Source: an uncultured virus (IMG/VR IMGVR_UViG_3300044727_000045)
Lineage: Duplodnaviria > Heunggongvirae > Uroviricota > Caudoviricetes
Reading direction: 5' to 3' (one strand)
DNA: 32,112 nucleotides
Virus record (IMG/VR): IMGVR_UViG_3300044727_000045
The stretch's first letter is position 1. Each line of letters begins with the position of its first letter. Made by a program: the position numbers and the translations under genes. Shown here in pieces: positions 1 to 9,600 of the stretch. The notes under the pieces are model-generated. The model was not told the DNA's origin. It saw only the letters and a program-made list of their open reading frames with translations, and searched no databases.

Positions 1-177
1 TATGAAAGATGGCTTGAAGTCTATCCTGGTTATGACATGACCCTGCGCGGCGTAGAACACTCCCTGTGTGAGTTTCAGAAGTACGCACGCGCTCGGTACC
101 ATGCTAATCCCGACGGCACGCCTAGTCGTTCGGCTACGCGCAAATACACTCCACAACTACAACCTGCACTCGTGTAA
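1..177 (+). CDS. C-terminal fragment (5' truncated by window) of an aGPT-Pplase1 / amino acid:DNA transferase-like protein
   Basis: Not in the ORF track. Frame 1 reads YERWLEVYPGYDMTLRGVEHSLCEFQKYARARYHANPDGTPSRSATRKYTPQLQPALV*. The ExxLCExxKYxR motif is the C-terminal signature of alpha-glutamyl/putrescinyl thymine pyrophosphorylase clade 1. Confidence 0.75.
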   Translation, partial: YERWLEVYPGYDMTLRGVEHSLCEFQKYARARYHANPDGTPSRSATRKYTPQLQPALV

Positions 178-197
178 ACGATTTGTTACAATAGGGC

Positions 198-584
198 ATG
201 CAGGCTTTGCTAGGCGCGCTGATGGCTCTAGGTGTAGCGACCTCGTCCATGGCAGCCGAACAAGAGACATTGCGTGTCAGGGTTACGTTCTATACCCTTC
301 GCGGCACGATGGCTAGTGGATCCTACACGCATAAAGATGCAGCAGCATGTTCAGATTGGCTACCTATGGGGACGAAGCTGATGTTCCCTGATGGCTGGAT
401 TGTGACGTGTCTAGACCGGGGCATGGGCGACATTATATGGAACGCCCGCCGTACTGGACACGATGCCTGGGTAGACGTTTGGGCACCCTCCTATGCCTGG
501 GGCATAAAGAACGTTGAGAGTGATTACGGGCAGACCACCCAGATGCAGATGGTACGGTGGGGGTGGGGTGATGCCGACTCCTAA
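198..584 (+). CDS. Secreted 3D-domain (MltA/RlpA-like barrel) cell-wall protein
   Basis: Signal peptide, then VTFY..GTMASG..AAC..LPMGTKL..LDRG..VDVW. TGtTACAAT at 184-192 lies just upstream of the ATG (leaderless). Confidence 0.65.
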   Translation: MQALLGALMALGVATSSMAAEQETLRVRVTFYTLRGTMASGSYTHKDAAACSDWLPMGTKLMFPDGWIVTCLDRGMGDIIWNARRTGHDAWVDVWAPSYAWGIKNVESDYGQTTQMQMVRWGWGDADS

Positions 585-783
585 TGGGCTGATCTTGCCC
601 TTTGAGTTCATGGATCAACAACTACAAGCCAAAGGTATAGAAGGATATGTCGACCCCCTTACAGGGCTCTTTGTGGTCCGAGACAACGAACCAGCTAGAC
701 AGCTACTCACTACGCGCCAAGTACACCCCAGGAACTATTCTGGAAGTGCACGCAGACGCCCCACCAGGGAAGATCTGGTGTAA
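571..783 (+). CDS. Hypothetical protein
   Basis: ATG at 571 after GGGGTG; overlaps the next ORF by 137 nt. Confidence 0.4.
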   Translation: MPTPNGLILPFEFMDQQLQAKGIEGYVDPLTGLFVVRDNEPARQLLTTRQVHPRNYSGSARRRPTREDLV

Positions 784-1039
784 GCACTGCGAAACTTACC
801 TGATGATTGGTGCAGAGTCGGTTAGTCACCAGAACATGGTACGCACTTCTCAGTTGTGTACCGCGTGTTCACAGTGGAACTATATCGACGAAGATCTTCG
901 GATTGTGCACTCCCCGTCATGTGCAGTGAAGACCGGAGAAATGGTAAAATTGGCTATGGGCGGATCGCAAGCCAGGGGTACCGTAGTTCCTGATAGAGAT
1001 GCTACGCAAGAAGAAGCTGCTGCGTGGCCGCATGTCTAA
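647..1039 (+). CDS. Hypothetical Zn-binding protein (start uncertain)
   Basis: CKHC, CTAC and HxxxC motifs; stop overlaps the dnaE start. Confidence 0.5.
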   Translation: MSTPLQGSLWSETTNQLDSYSLRAKYTPGTILEVHADAPPGKIWCKHCETYLMIGAESVSHQNMVRTSQLCTACSQWNYIDEDLRIVHSPSCAVKTGEMVKLAMGGSQARGTVVPDRDATQEEAAAWPHV

Positions 1040-4000
1040 ATTCGTTCATCTGCATACCCACACTGAGTATAGCGTGCTAGACGGCTTAGCACGCATACCC
1101 GATCTGGTTGACAAGGCGAAGCGTGATGGGCAACAGGCACTCGCAATTACAGATCATGGACGCATGTCTGGAGTTCCTGAGTTTTACCAGGCATGCCGAA
1201 AGGCTGATGTTCGGCCTATTGTTGGACAGGAATTTTATCTTTGCGATGACTGTTCCGACCGCACCCGGACCATCGACCCAGAGACTGGTAAGAAAGAAGG
1301 CCCTAGGCGGCACCATCTGGTACTCTTGGCTCGAGACAGACGTGGGTATGAGATACTGTGCGAGCTTAGCAGTACCGCGAACGATCCTAGCCACTTTTAT
1401 TACAAGCCTCGTATTGATTACGGTACGCTGGAAGCTCTATCAAGGAAAGATAGACGCCATCTTATTGCCAGCTCAACTTGTCTCAATGGGCCAATACCTC
1501 AGCTCATTCTCGCAAACAAAAATGGCTCAGCGCTCGAACTAGCCCAATACTTCCGAGAGCTTTTCCCGTACTTCTATCTTGAACTACAGCGCCACGACTA
1601 CAACCAGAAGAAACAAGGCGACCGCAGGGCTAACGCGGACCAAGAGAAGGTTAATGACAAGCTCATCAGATGGAGCGAACGATACGGATTCCCATTGGTC
1701 ATCACCAATGATAGCCACTACGTTGAGCCAGCCCATCACTCCGTACATGACATCTGGTTGGCGTGCCAGACAGTATCGTTATGGCGGGATGCGACCCGGT
1801 TTCGCTTTGACGGTTCAGGATATCACCTCAAGACAACTAGGGAAATGCGAACACTCTGGGCGGATAGACCTGAGGTATGGGCAGCTAGCCAGCGAACTAT
1901 CCAGGCTTACACAGCAGATATACAACTCAGTATCCCAGAGTTGGAACAGCGAAGCTGGCACATCCCAGTGGCACCACGAGCAAACACAGAGATATCTTCT
2001 GCTGACTATATGCGCCAGATCTGCGTCAAAAGGCTGCGAGTGCTGGAGAGACGTGGAGGGCTGGCCTCTTCTCCTGATGTATACCGGGATCGCCTCGACT
2101 ACGAACTCGGGGTCATCACAGGCAGTAAATTTGAGGAAGAATTCCTTATTGTCCGTGATTACATCAATTGGGCTAGGGATCATAACATTCGGGTTGGTCC
2201 TGGCCGTGGCAGTATGGCAGGGGTTCTCGCAGCCTATCTTATGGGCATTGTTGACGTGGACCCTGTGCGCTTTGGTCTTATGTTTGAGCGTGCTCTCAAT
2301 CCAGCGCGCCCGTCGCTTCCGGACTTCGACGTAGACTTTCCCAACAGCAGGCGTATGGATGTGGTGAGGTATCTGCTAGACAGATACAATAAGCCACCAT
2401 ATCAAGCACAGCAGGTGGGGACCTTCTCCAGAGGTGGGCCGCGCAGCACTGTTCAGCGTTTGCTTAGTGCACTGGACTTTACCAGGAGTGAACAGTTCTC
2501 GGCAAGTAAGTCTTTGCCAGATGCAGCACTTATTGTCAACCTCAAAGCCAGCGGCGACCTGAAAGACCTGTTGCAAGACGAACATCTGCACCCCGTACTA
2601 AAAGGGGCTATGGTTAGCTACCCCGCGTTTTATGATTGGGCTACGACGTGTCAGGACCTTATCACGGGCGAAGGTAAGCACGCCGCTGGCATAGTAATTG
2701 CCGACGAACACTTCGACCTGCAAAAGCTAGTGCCGACTATGATGGTGGGACGTGGGCAGGGAAGAGGTCAAGCGGCAGTAGTAACTCAGTATGATATGGA
2801 GGGTCTCAAACGCCTGGGTGTGGTGAAGTTTGACATCCTAAGCCTTACTACCTTGGATGTCATACAAGACTGCATCGAGCTTATCGGGGAAGATCCGTTC
2901 GAGGACATGTATGAGTACGAAGACGAAGCGGTTTGGGCCACTCTCAATCGAGGTGCCTGCTCAGGGGTATTCCAAGTTGAAGGTGGTACTTCCCGGCAGG
3001 TTGTTAGAGATCTCCAGCTCCAAAGCTTCGAAGACCTTATTGCTGTCATGGCCCTCGGGCGTGGTGGTGCTAACCAGTTCGTCAGTGCCTACCGGGAAGG
3101 TCGTGACGGCGGTACTGCAGACCTCCGGAGAAAGCTCCCAGACAGAAGGCTACGGCGCATACTTCCCCAAGGCGTTGTCCTTTACCAGGAACAGGTTATG
3201 GAGATTGGACTTCAAATCGGAGGGTTCGACCACCATCTTGTAGACGAACTGAAGGAAGCCATCAAGTATAAGAAGGGGGATATATGGGACGAACTCAAGC
3301 CACTTTTCTTCAATGGGGGCGAACTCTACGACAAGCTCAGTGGCAAATCCAAGGGAGCCGCCCTGGGCGCGCTGAACAACGGGTGCAGCCAGCAGGTAGC
3401 CGACCAGATTTGGGAGATGATTTGGAGCTACCGAGGGTACGGTTTCAACCGGGCACACGCTACCGCGTATGCGATGATAGCGTATCAGACAGCGTGGCTC
3501 AAGACACACTATCCTGCTAACTTCTTCTGCACGCTACTGAGCTACGCTAACAAAGACGATTACCCCGTGTACATTGATGAAGCCAAGCTGTTCTTTGGTC
3601 TGCGCTTCCTACCCCCGGATGTGAATAAGTCAGGTTCAGGATTTGTCGTAGAAGGTAAGCATGGCATACGATACGGCCTGACTGCTATAAAAGGGTTAGG
3701 TATTGCGGCCTGCACGGAACTGGTGGAGAACAGGCCGTTCACCTCGGAGGAACACTTGGTCAAGACAGTAACTAAAAGGAGGTGCAACGTTAGAATCATC
3801 GACCTGCTGCGTCGCGTTGGAGCGATGGAAAGTATTGGCACGCAGGGAGATGAAGACCGTGGTAAGACAGAGCTTGAGCTCTTAGGCACATATGTAACTA
3901 CTCATCCGATTGACCAGTACAGAGCCGCACTGGACAAGAAGATCCGCCGACAACTGAACCTTAAAGCACTTACGTCTTCGCAAGATAAGTGGGTCTGGGT

Positions 4001-4235
4001 TGGCGGGCAGGTAGATCGGGTTAGAGAGATAACCACCAAGAACGGTTACAAGATGGCCTTCGTTCAGGTAAAGTATGAAGGGTTGGGATCTTGGGACGTA
4101 GTTGTGTTTCCCGAACGATGGGAGCAACATGGCCCGCACCTGTTCAAAGGACGCGTCGTCATGGTGTACGGCAAACGGCAAAATGACAGAAACAGCATTG
4201 TCTTTGAAGAGGCGAAATATCCGGTCCCAGCGTGA
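1032..4235 (+). CDS. dnaE: DNA polymerase III alpha subunit (DnaE type) with intact PHP domain; ends after the OB fold
   Basis: FVHLHTHTEYSVLDG, AITDHG, TNDSHY, GPGRGS, PDFDVDF, HAAG, KFDIL, YQEQVM, YGFNRAHATAY, PPDVNKS, C-terminal OB fold (TKNGYKMAFV). No intein visible. Confidence 0.97.
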   Translation: MSKFVHLHTHTEYSVLDGLARIPDLVDKAKRDGQQALAITDHGRMSGVPEFYQACRKADVRPIVGQEFYLCDDCSDRTRTIDPETGKKEGPRRHHLVLLARDRRGYEILCELSSTANDPSHFYYKPRIDYGTLEALSRKDRRHLIASSTCLNGPIPQLILANKNGSALELAQYFRELFPYFYLELQRHDYNQKKQGDRRANADQEKVNDKLIRWSERYGFPLVITNDSHYVEPAHHSVHDIWLACQTVSLWRDATRFRFDGSGYHLKTTREMRTLWADRPEVWAASQRTIQAYTADIQLSIPELEQRSWHIPVAPRANTEISSADYMRQICVKRLRVLERRGGLASSPDVYRDRLDYELGVITGSKFEEEFLIVRDYINWARDHNIRVGPGRGSMAGVLAAYLMGIVDVDPVRFGLMFERALNPARPSLPDFDVDFPNSRRMDVVRYLLDRYNKPPYQAQQVGTFSRGGPRSTVQRLLSALDFTRSEQFSASKSLPDAALIVNLKASGDLKDLLQDEHLHPVLKGAMVSYPAFYDWATTCQDLITGEGKHAAGIVIADEHFDLQKLVPTMMVGRGQGRGQAAVVTQYDMEGLKRLGVVKFDILSLTTLDVIQDCIELIGEDPFEDMYEYEDEAVWATLNRGACSGVFQVEGGTSRQVVRDLQLQSFEDLIAVMALGRGGANQFVSAYREGRDGGTADLRRKLPDRRLRRILPQGVVLYQEQVMEIGLQIGGFDHHLVDELKEAIKYKKGDIWDELKPLFFNGGELYDKLSGKSKGAALGALNNGCSQQVADQIWEMIWSYRGYGFNRAHATAYAMIAYQTAWLKTHYPANFFCTLLSYANKDDYPVYIDEAKLFFGLRFLPPDVNKSGSGFVVEGKHGIRYGLTAIKGLGIAACTELVENRPFTSEEHLVKTVTKRRCNVRIIDLLRRVGAMESIGTQGDEDRGKTELELLGTYVTTHPIDQYRAALDKKIRRQLNLKALTSSQDKWVWVGGQVDRVREITTKNGYKMAFVQVKYEGLGSWDVVVFPERWEQHGPHLFKGRVVMVYGKRQNDRNSIVFEEAKYPVPA

Positions 4236-4250
4236 GAGTTGGAGGTACTA

Positions 4251-4646
4251 ATGCTACTAGATTTTCTCAAGAAAAGGGGCGCTCCGCAACTACATCGATG
4301 CTTCACGTGTCTGGAGCCCCGTACCGAAGAGCAACTACGGAAGGTTGTCTATGAGGTCGAAGTCTGCCACCACTGCACCACCACAACTAACGGAAGTGCA
4401 GACGATTTTGCAGAAGAGATTCGGGAAGGAAGTGCTCTTCCGCGCATCGGACCCGAGGTTCCAGATCCGGAGAATCTCGACCGGGATTTTGACCCTGGAC
4501 TTTTTGTTGGGTGGCGGGATCGCATTGGGGCGTATAACCGAGTTCTACGGCCAGTATGCAGCCCTGAAGAGTCATGCCTTGTACAGGACGATAGCTCTGG
4601 CTCAAGCGGCGGGACTCAACTGCGCCTTGATGGATGCGGAGCATAG
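4251..4646 (+). CDS. Small Zn-finger protein overlapping the recA 5' end
   Basis: Strong SD GGAGGT before ATG 4251; CFTC and CHHC motifs; tail reads in another frame of recA. Confidence 0.5.
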   Translation: MLLDFLKKRGAPQLHRCFTCLEPRTEEQLRKVVYEVEVCHHCTTTTNGSADDFAEEIREGSALPRIGPEVPDPENLDRDFDPGLFVGWRDRIGAYNRVLRPVCSPEESCLVQDDSSGSSGGTQLRLDGCGA

Positions 4647-5388
4647 TTTTGATCCAGTACACGCCACACGTCTTGGAATCAACCTTGCCGACCTCACTAT
4701 GGTTGGCAATCTGGATTCGGGCGAAGAGATTATCGATGTGGGCGAGGCACTGATTCGTTCAGGTAAATTCGATGTGGTGGGCGTTGACAGCATAGCCGCG
4801 CTAGTACCCAAAGACGAGCTAGAGGAAAGCGCAGAAGCTGCCCAAATGGGTAAAATGGGTAAGCTTACTAGCAAAATGGCGCGCAAGTGGAATGCCGTCA
4901 ACAACGGTCAAACCGCTGTTGTCTTGATAAACCAGGTGAGAGAGAATGTAGGCGTCCATTATGGCAACCCCGAGAAACCAGTGGGAGGACGTGCGTTCGG
5001 TTTCTTTGCTAGTCAACGTGTGGATTTCCGTAAGGGTGAGGCAATCAAGGGAAAGACCCGTCGAGTCGAAAATGGCAAAGTCGTTGAAAAGGATGGTACC
5101 GTCGGTCGTGTTGTGCGAGTCCGAGTGGAGAAGGACAAGACTGGAGCAAACGCAGAGCGTGACGGGAGCTTCCGATATCTCTTTGCCGTGCGTGCAGTGG
5201 ATAAACTTAGCGAACTCTTGCAACTAGGTCTGGAAGTAGGGTGCATCGAGCAGTCTGGCCTCCGGTACAGTACCCGCTGGACGGAACCTATGATGCGTAC
5301 TGCTTTCTTGAATGCCCTGGGGCGAGACCCAAAGCTAGCCAGGACACTAGAAGCAGCAGTGAAAGTGAGGGGGAGTAATGCCGATTGA
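4351..5388 (+). CDS. recA: RecA/UvsX-like recombinase
   Basis: ISTGILTLDFLLGGG, GRITEFYG, variant Walker A GQYAALKS, DAEH, VDSIAALVPK, INQVR, GGRA..FFAS.R; SD GGAAGG. Confidence 0.95.
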   Translation: MRSKSATTAPPQLTEVQTILQKRFGKEVLFRASDPRFQIRRISTGILTLDFLLGGGIALGRITEFYGQYAALKSHALYRTIALAQAAGLNCALMDAEHSFDPVHATRLGINLADLTMVGNLDSGEEIIDVGEALIRSGKFDVVGVDSIAALVPKDELEESAEAAQMGKMGKLTSKMARKWNAVNNGQTAVVLINQVRENVGVHYGNPEKPVGGRAFGFFASQRVDFRKGEAIKGKTRRVENGKVVEKDGTVGRVVRVRVEKDKTGANAERDGSFRYLFAVRAVDKLSELLQLGLEVGCIEQSGLRYSTRWTEPMMRTAFLNALGRDPKLARTLEAAVKVRGSNAD

Positions 5389-5692
5389 TGAAGTAGAGGT
5401 GGCGGTAGATCCACTAGCGCAACTGCCACCAATGCCAACGCCTGATCCTGGCATGATGTGGATCAGGCTTACCATGAACACAGCCATCAGTGAAGAGATG
5501 GCTATGGACATGATGCATGACATAGCTGACAATCTGCGGACCGTGACCCATATGGTCAACTATGCAGAGTTTGATGCTAACGTCAACGGCGTTATACTTA
5601 CCTACGAAAAGGAAATACTACCTGCGATAATTGGTGATCTTACACCAACTCCAACGTGGTTGTTATCGGGAGAGCCGACAGTTAATGCCTAG
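5378..5692 (+). CDS. Hypothetical protein
   Basis: SD GGGGAG; coupled to recA. Confidence 0.6.
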   Translation: MPIDEVEVAVDPLAQLPPMPTPDPGMMWIRLTMNTAISEEMAMDMMHDIADNLRTVTHMVNYAEFDANVNGVILTYEKEILPAIIGDLTPTPTWLLSGEPTVNA

Positions 5693-5966
5693 GAAGCCAG
5701 AGGACGAACCAACATCAACAGGGGATGCAGCCGAAGCCTTTCTTCGTAACCTGACATCAACGCATGATACTGACCAGTTGGGACAGGGTCTGGACGAGCT
5801 GGCCCAAATGTTCTACACCTACTTTGAGAAACTTCAAGAAAAGGGATTCCACTACAGCAAGGCGTTTATCCTGACGCGAGATTGGCATGGGTTCTGGTGG
5901 TCAACCAAATTCCAGCACGAGATGATGCATATGCATCCGCCACAGGACGAGGATGACCATTCCTAA
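5685..5966 (+). CDS. Hypothetical protein
   Basis: ATG 5685 (MPRKPEDE...), coupled overlaps at both ends. Confidence 0.6.
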   Translation: MPRKPEDEPTSTGDAAEAFLRNLTSTHDTDQLGQGLDELAQMFYTYFEKLQEKGFHYSKAFILTRDWHGFWWSTKFQHEMMHMHPPQDEDDHS

Positions 5967-6291
5967 ATGGTCAGAAAAGCCAGAGAAGGATAACAAGAAA
6001 CACGAGAAGGCATGGGCAAAGGCACGAGGCGGGCGTGCTCAGCCTTCCTCGGGTAGATTCTGGCATGCCAAGATGGACGTCAAGGACGACGAACTTCTGA
6101 CAGATAACAAGCAAACGAGCAGATTATCTTACACTATCAAGTTGTCCGACTGGCGGCAACTACAGCGGGCTGCTTCTAGGGAAGGATTGGCCCCGTGTTT
6201 GCAGATAACATTCATCACCGAGCAAGGCCCTGTTGATATGGTAGTGCTATCTGCCGACATGATCACTCGCCAGAATCTGGCACATCCATGA
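5953..6291 (+). CDS. Phage Holliday-junction resolvase-like PD-(D/E)XK nuclease
   Basis: HEK..A...GGRAQPSSG....KMDV.....DNKQT pattern. Confidence 0.7.
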   Translation: MTIPKWSEKPEKDNKKHEKAWAKARGGRAQPSSGRFWHAKMDVKDDELLTDNKQTSRLSYTIKLSDWRQLQRAASREGLAPCLQITFITEQGPVDMVVLSADMITRQNLAHP

Positions 6292-6590
6292 GTTACCATG
6301 ATACTTGGCCTTCCTCATCTCCACTGTCAATCTGTCCTAACTGCGAAATCCCTACCTATCTAGGAGATCATAGGACAGACGATGGGTGCTTTGCAGCACT
6401 CAAGCAGTATGTGAAGCTGTGTCAGGATGAGATCGAAAACAGCCGGATGCGAGACTTCCAACACCCTACCCGTGAAGAACTACTTGAGCAGATCGCCTAC
6501 CTGGCTGAGCAGTTCGACAAGTTTGTGATCTACGTGCAGTCTATGCAGAGCCACATTGCAGATGCGTCGCGTGGTAAAATGGTACCGTAA
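6288..6590 (+). CDS. Hypothetical protein (CxxC..H....C, coiled coil)
   Basis: ATGA coupling; CPNC...H....C. Confidence 0.6.
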   Translation: MSYHDTWPSSSPLSICPNCEIPTYLGDHRTDDGCFAALKQYVKLCQDEIENSRMRDFQHPTREELLEQIAYLAEQFDKFVIYVQSMQSHIADASRGKMVP

Positions 6591-6772
6591 TGGCAGGGGC
6601 GCACGTACATAAGAATTTGAGCTGTGTAGAATGTGGCGTAGTGATCTATAAAGAAGCTATGTGCATCTTGTGGCGCGGCGAAGAATACTGCATACTACCT
6701 CAGCTTACTTGGTGTGAGTCTTGCCTGCACAAAGAGAAAACTTTGCATCAAGAAGCGTTGGAAGGTAAATGA
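6590..6772 (+). CDS. Small Zn-finger protein
   Basis: TAATG coupling; CVEC and CESC. Confidence 0.6.
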   Translation: MAGAHVHKNLSCVECGVVIYKEAMCILWRGEEYCILPQLTWCESCLHKEKTLHQEALEGK

Positions 6773-7107
6773 ACGTTAGTTCATTCCAGATTCAAGGCAA
6801 CCCTCAAGATATCACTACCCTGAAGTGGGTGTATGTCATGCCCACCAAGATTTCAGTGGCTACACGCACTGAGACGCGCCGGGCTATGTACGAGACCTTC
6901 TACAGGCTGATGTTTCTGACCAAACGTAAAGTCTGGTTGAAAACAAAGAAGTCGAAGAGGGAGGAACGTGTTATACTTGTTCCAAGCCCGCATGGCTTGA
7001 GCGACTGTGACCGCATGTTTCTCAAGAAAAAAGGCTTCCCTATAAAGACAGAAGGGTGTAGCAGGGATTCCTGCTTTCGATGTAGGAGTAATGGCTTCAG
7101 GCTTTGA
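6769..7107 (+). CDS. Hypothetical basic protein
   Basis: ATGA coupling; Cys-rich C-terminus. Confidence 0.55.
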   Translation: MNVSSFQIQGNPQDITTLKWVYVMPTKISVATRTETRRAMYETFYRLMFLTKRKVWLKTKKSKREERVILVPSPHGLSDCDRMFLKKKGFPIKTEGCSRDSCFRCRSNGFRL

Positions 7108-7909
7108 CATAAAGAAGTACCTCAAGAACAGGCGTGATCCGACGAAGGTACTGACACCACTGGTAGACCAGTACATGATCACGCAGGACTTGGGCGACTT
7201 CACGCCAGCCGAAGCCAAGTTCGCGGCCAAGCTGCTTCTAGCTCGTAAGCAACCTAGACAGCGCACCTACTTCAGCCCCTCTGGGAGCAAGCGTTGCTTA
7301 CGAGAGCAGATGCTAGCTATCAAGGGTATGCCAGGCCGGATAGACGACAACCCCCGTACCAATAGTCTATTTGACGATGGGCACTGGCGACATCTTAGAT
7401 GGCACACTATATTCCTGCGCATGCAGCGGGCAGGCTTACTAACGGTACACGCGCAAGAGGAGCTAATAGAGTATCTACCGTGGTACGTGGCTGGCACACC
7501 CGATGATGTTGTGGAAATTGGGGGCGAGATTTACGTTATTGATGTGAAGGGAGCGAACGACGCGGTCTTCAAGGAGATCGAACGGACGCATAAACTTCCA
7601 GAGCATCTGCAGGGATACAACTGGCAGCTCCACAACTACATGCAGGCGCTCCACATCAACAAGGGCATTCTCTGGTTCGAGAACAAAAACACCCAGGAGT
7701 ACTTCGAGCTTCCGGTTACGCGGGACATGGAGATCATCCGCCAACTACGTGCTCAGTACAAGATCTTGGGACAACACCGTCAGGCTGACACCCTGCCAGA
7801 GCATGGGTGTTCCATGGACTCTAAGGGCCACGTCCAGCCTGGTGATCGTATGTTCTCATACTGCCGTCAAAATCTGAACTGTCTTAGGCTCACGCAGGCT
7901 GGTAGCTAG
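7091..7909 (+). CDS. Cas4-like PD-(D/E)XK exonuclease
   Basis: FSPS....C.R, G..RH, GTPD, IDVK, QLHNYM, plus three C-terminal Cys; SD AGGAG. Confidence 0.85.
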   Translation: MASGFDIKKYLKNRRDPTKVLTPLVDQYMITQDLGDFTPAEAKFAAKLLLARKQPRQRTYFSPSGSKRCLREQMLAIKGMPGRIDDNPRTNSLFDDGHWRHLRWHTIFLRMQRAGLLTVHAQEELIEYLPWYVAGTPDDVVEIGGEIYVIDVKGANDAVFKEIERTHKLPEHLQGYNWQLHNYMQALHINKGILWFENKNTQEYFELPVTRDMEIIRQLRAQYKILGQHRQADTLPEHGCSMDSKGHVQPGDRMFSYCRQNLNCLRLTQAGS

Positions 7910-7929
7910 ACCGTCTGTACAGGTATACT
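7900..7929 (+). promoter_or_regulatory. Repeat-class promoter with AGACCGTCT box
   Basis: AGACCGTCT 7908-7916, TATACT 7924-7929; weak -35. Confidence 0.55.
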
Positions 7930-7939
7930 GTAGGTACCA

Positions 7940-8446
7940 ATGGTACAGCTAGAGGTTTGGCAAAAGAGGTATTGGCTAAAGCTCCACAAAGAGCGTGAGA
8001 AGTGGAAAGCCAAGAACCCTGGGAAGTTCTTCCCAACCAGAGACCCCACACTCACGCAGATAAGTAACTACACCTGTGCGCTCTGCGAGGAGCGTAAGTG
8101 GTACAAGACGTCAGGTAGTGACAAAGATATACCGCAGTACCATAAAGTCGGAAAGCGGACACTGAGACTATGCCACAGTTGTTGGCATCTGAAGGGCATA
8201 TATAAGAAGCATGCCGACCCGAAATCCATGGAGGGGAGTGAAGGATGCAGATACTGCCACCTCAAGGCAGCATCGCGTCTATCTGGTAGAAAACTTGCTC
8301 AACGGCAAGAAGTACGTGGGGATAACAAGAGCGTCTTTGGCGAGACGTTTACAACAACACAGCCAAGCCAACTCTCCTCTAGGAATGGAGCTGCGGGAAC
8401 ACGGAAGACAGGTGTTCGCCGCAAGGGTGCTTTTACTGGCAGATGA
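7940..8446 (+). CDS. Hypothetical Zn-finger protein
   Basis: CALC, CHSC, CRYC; last 236 nt overlap the GIY-YIG ORF. Confidence 0.55.
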   Translation: MVQLEVWQKRYWLKLHKEREKWKAKNPGKFFPTRDPTLTQISNYTCALCEERKWYKTSGSDKDIPQYHKVGKRTLRLCHSCWHLKGIYKKHADPKSMEGSEGCRYCHLKAASRLSGRKLAQRQEVRGDNKSVFGETFTTTQPSQLSSRNGAAGTRKTGVRRKGAFTGR

Positions 8447-8747
8447 CGTTCGTACTGCGGCGTTGGTTGAGGCCAGACTCATCAGACACTATGGAACTGC
8501 CAGACACGGCTACAATGTCAGTCCTGGCAGTGCTGGTAGTCTGAGGTCAAACAATATCTCACAAGAGACTGCACAGGCAATCGTAGACCTACGCAACCGT
8601 GGGTACTCTTGTGCTAAACTTGCTAGGGTGTTTGGGGTGCACAGAGGTACCGTAGACAGAATACTTGCTGATGCCCCAGGCTTTGTGATCAAGCATGTGC
8701 AGAGAGATATTGTGAGGGAGATGCGGTGGCAACCAAACCTGTTCTGA
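8211..8747 (+). CDS. GIY-YIG homing endonuclease with C-terminal HTH
   Basis: VYLVENLLNGKKYVGIT..RLQQH..VEARLIR..GYN; HTH LARVFGVHRGTVDRIL. Confidence 0.85.
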   Translation: MPTRNPWRGVKDADTATSRQHRVYLVENLLNGKKYVGITRASLARRLQQHSQANSPLGMELREHGRQVFAARVLLLADDVRTAALVEARLIRHYGTARHGYNVSPGSAGSLRSNNISQETAQAIVDLRNRGYSCAKLARVFGVHRGTVDRILADAPGFVIKHVQRDIVREMRWQPNLF

Positions 8748-9037
8748 AACCTGCTGTGTACCCGACTGGTGGTTGGACACAGTTGAATCTACAGCTATCT
8801 ACTCGTGGCCTCCATATCAGGGGTGTGAAGAAGGATAGAATTATCCTAACACAGCAGGACAAAGACAGGTTGAACCAGGCTCAAGTGATGGGCAATCGTA
8901 GAGGCTTTGTGGTTGCACTGGTCTGCCCTAGATGTGGTGGCGTAGTGCAGACCCATCGTGGAAATGACCTGCCAGATGGCATGGTGGCGAAGTGCTCCAC
9001 ACCAGATTGTCCTAAGGTCTGGCTTGATGGCAGTTAG
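8726..9037 (+). CDS. Zn-ribbon protein
   Basis: GTG after GAGGGAG; CPRC and CxxxxC. Confidence 0.55.
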   Translation: MATKPVLKPAVYPTGGWTQLNLQLSTRGLHIRGVKKDRIILTQQDKDRLNQAQVMGNRRGFVVALVCPRCGGVVQTHRGNDLPDGMVAKCSTPDCPKVWLDGS

Positions 9038-9593
9038 AACCAAAGACCATACGAATATGGCAGCGGTAGCACCGCTGACACCGCGTATGATCCAAAGCCT
9101 CGAGATGGTGGTGCCCAGGACGGAGCTACTGGAAACGCTCTCGCGCCTGAGTATACCATTTCCTGCGCAGATGCCAGACATTACCAAGGACGATGCATTT
9201 CCTACCGATATCACAATGGTGCAGCCGCGTGAGCTACGTGCACTACAGTCGTATTGGGCGGCACAGTTTGCGCGAGTGAATGCACTCTTAGGCATAACCA
9301 GGGGTGAGAAGAAAGCCCAGGAGCGCAAGCTGGACAGAGCCAAGAAGCGGCTCTTCCGGGTATTTGCCCCTGAGCGCAGTGCCAAGATCTACGTAGATGC
9401 CATACACGGTAAGGTTCAGGCTAGCAAGCGCATTGCCAACATGGAGCGTGAGTTAGATAATCTTATCGTACTGGAAGAAGCGTTGGATGCACTAACGAAA
9501 GATTTCCAGATGTACGTCAATGCGCTGGATCGAGAGAGTATGTGGAGAATGGCGGAAATGCGAATATCCCAGGGGAGAGGCGGGGGTGTATAA
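9027..9593 (+). CDS. Helical protein, possibly a UvsY-like recombination mediator
   Basis: Long amphipathic/coiled helices, PTDIT..EL..L..YW and ALDRE..R..E patterns; lies in a recA/nuclease module. Function is inference. Confidence 0.45.
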   Translation: MAVRTKDHTNMAAVAPLTPRMIQSLEMVVPRTELLETLSRLSIPFPAQMPDITKDDAFPTDITMVQPRELRALQSYWAAQFARVNALLGITRGEKKAQERKLDRAKKRLFRVFAPERSAKIYVDAIHGKVQASKRIANMERELDNLIVLEEALDALTKDFQMYVNALDRESMWRMAEMRISQGRGGGV

Positions 9594-9600
9594 TACCAAC

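Noticed and set aside
1032..5388. Inteins or introns in dnaE and recA
   Set aside because: Lengths are normal, motifs are contiguous and there are no C...HN splice junctions
7091..7909. CRISPR-Cas locus suggested by the Cas4-like gene
   Set aside because: No repeat-spacer array or other cas genes; solo Cas4-like nucleases are common in phage recombination modules
8670..8705. GFVIKHVQ in the GIY-YIG tail resembles the T4 UvsY C-terminus
   Set aside because: Eight residues only, with no matching gene nearby; probably chance
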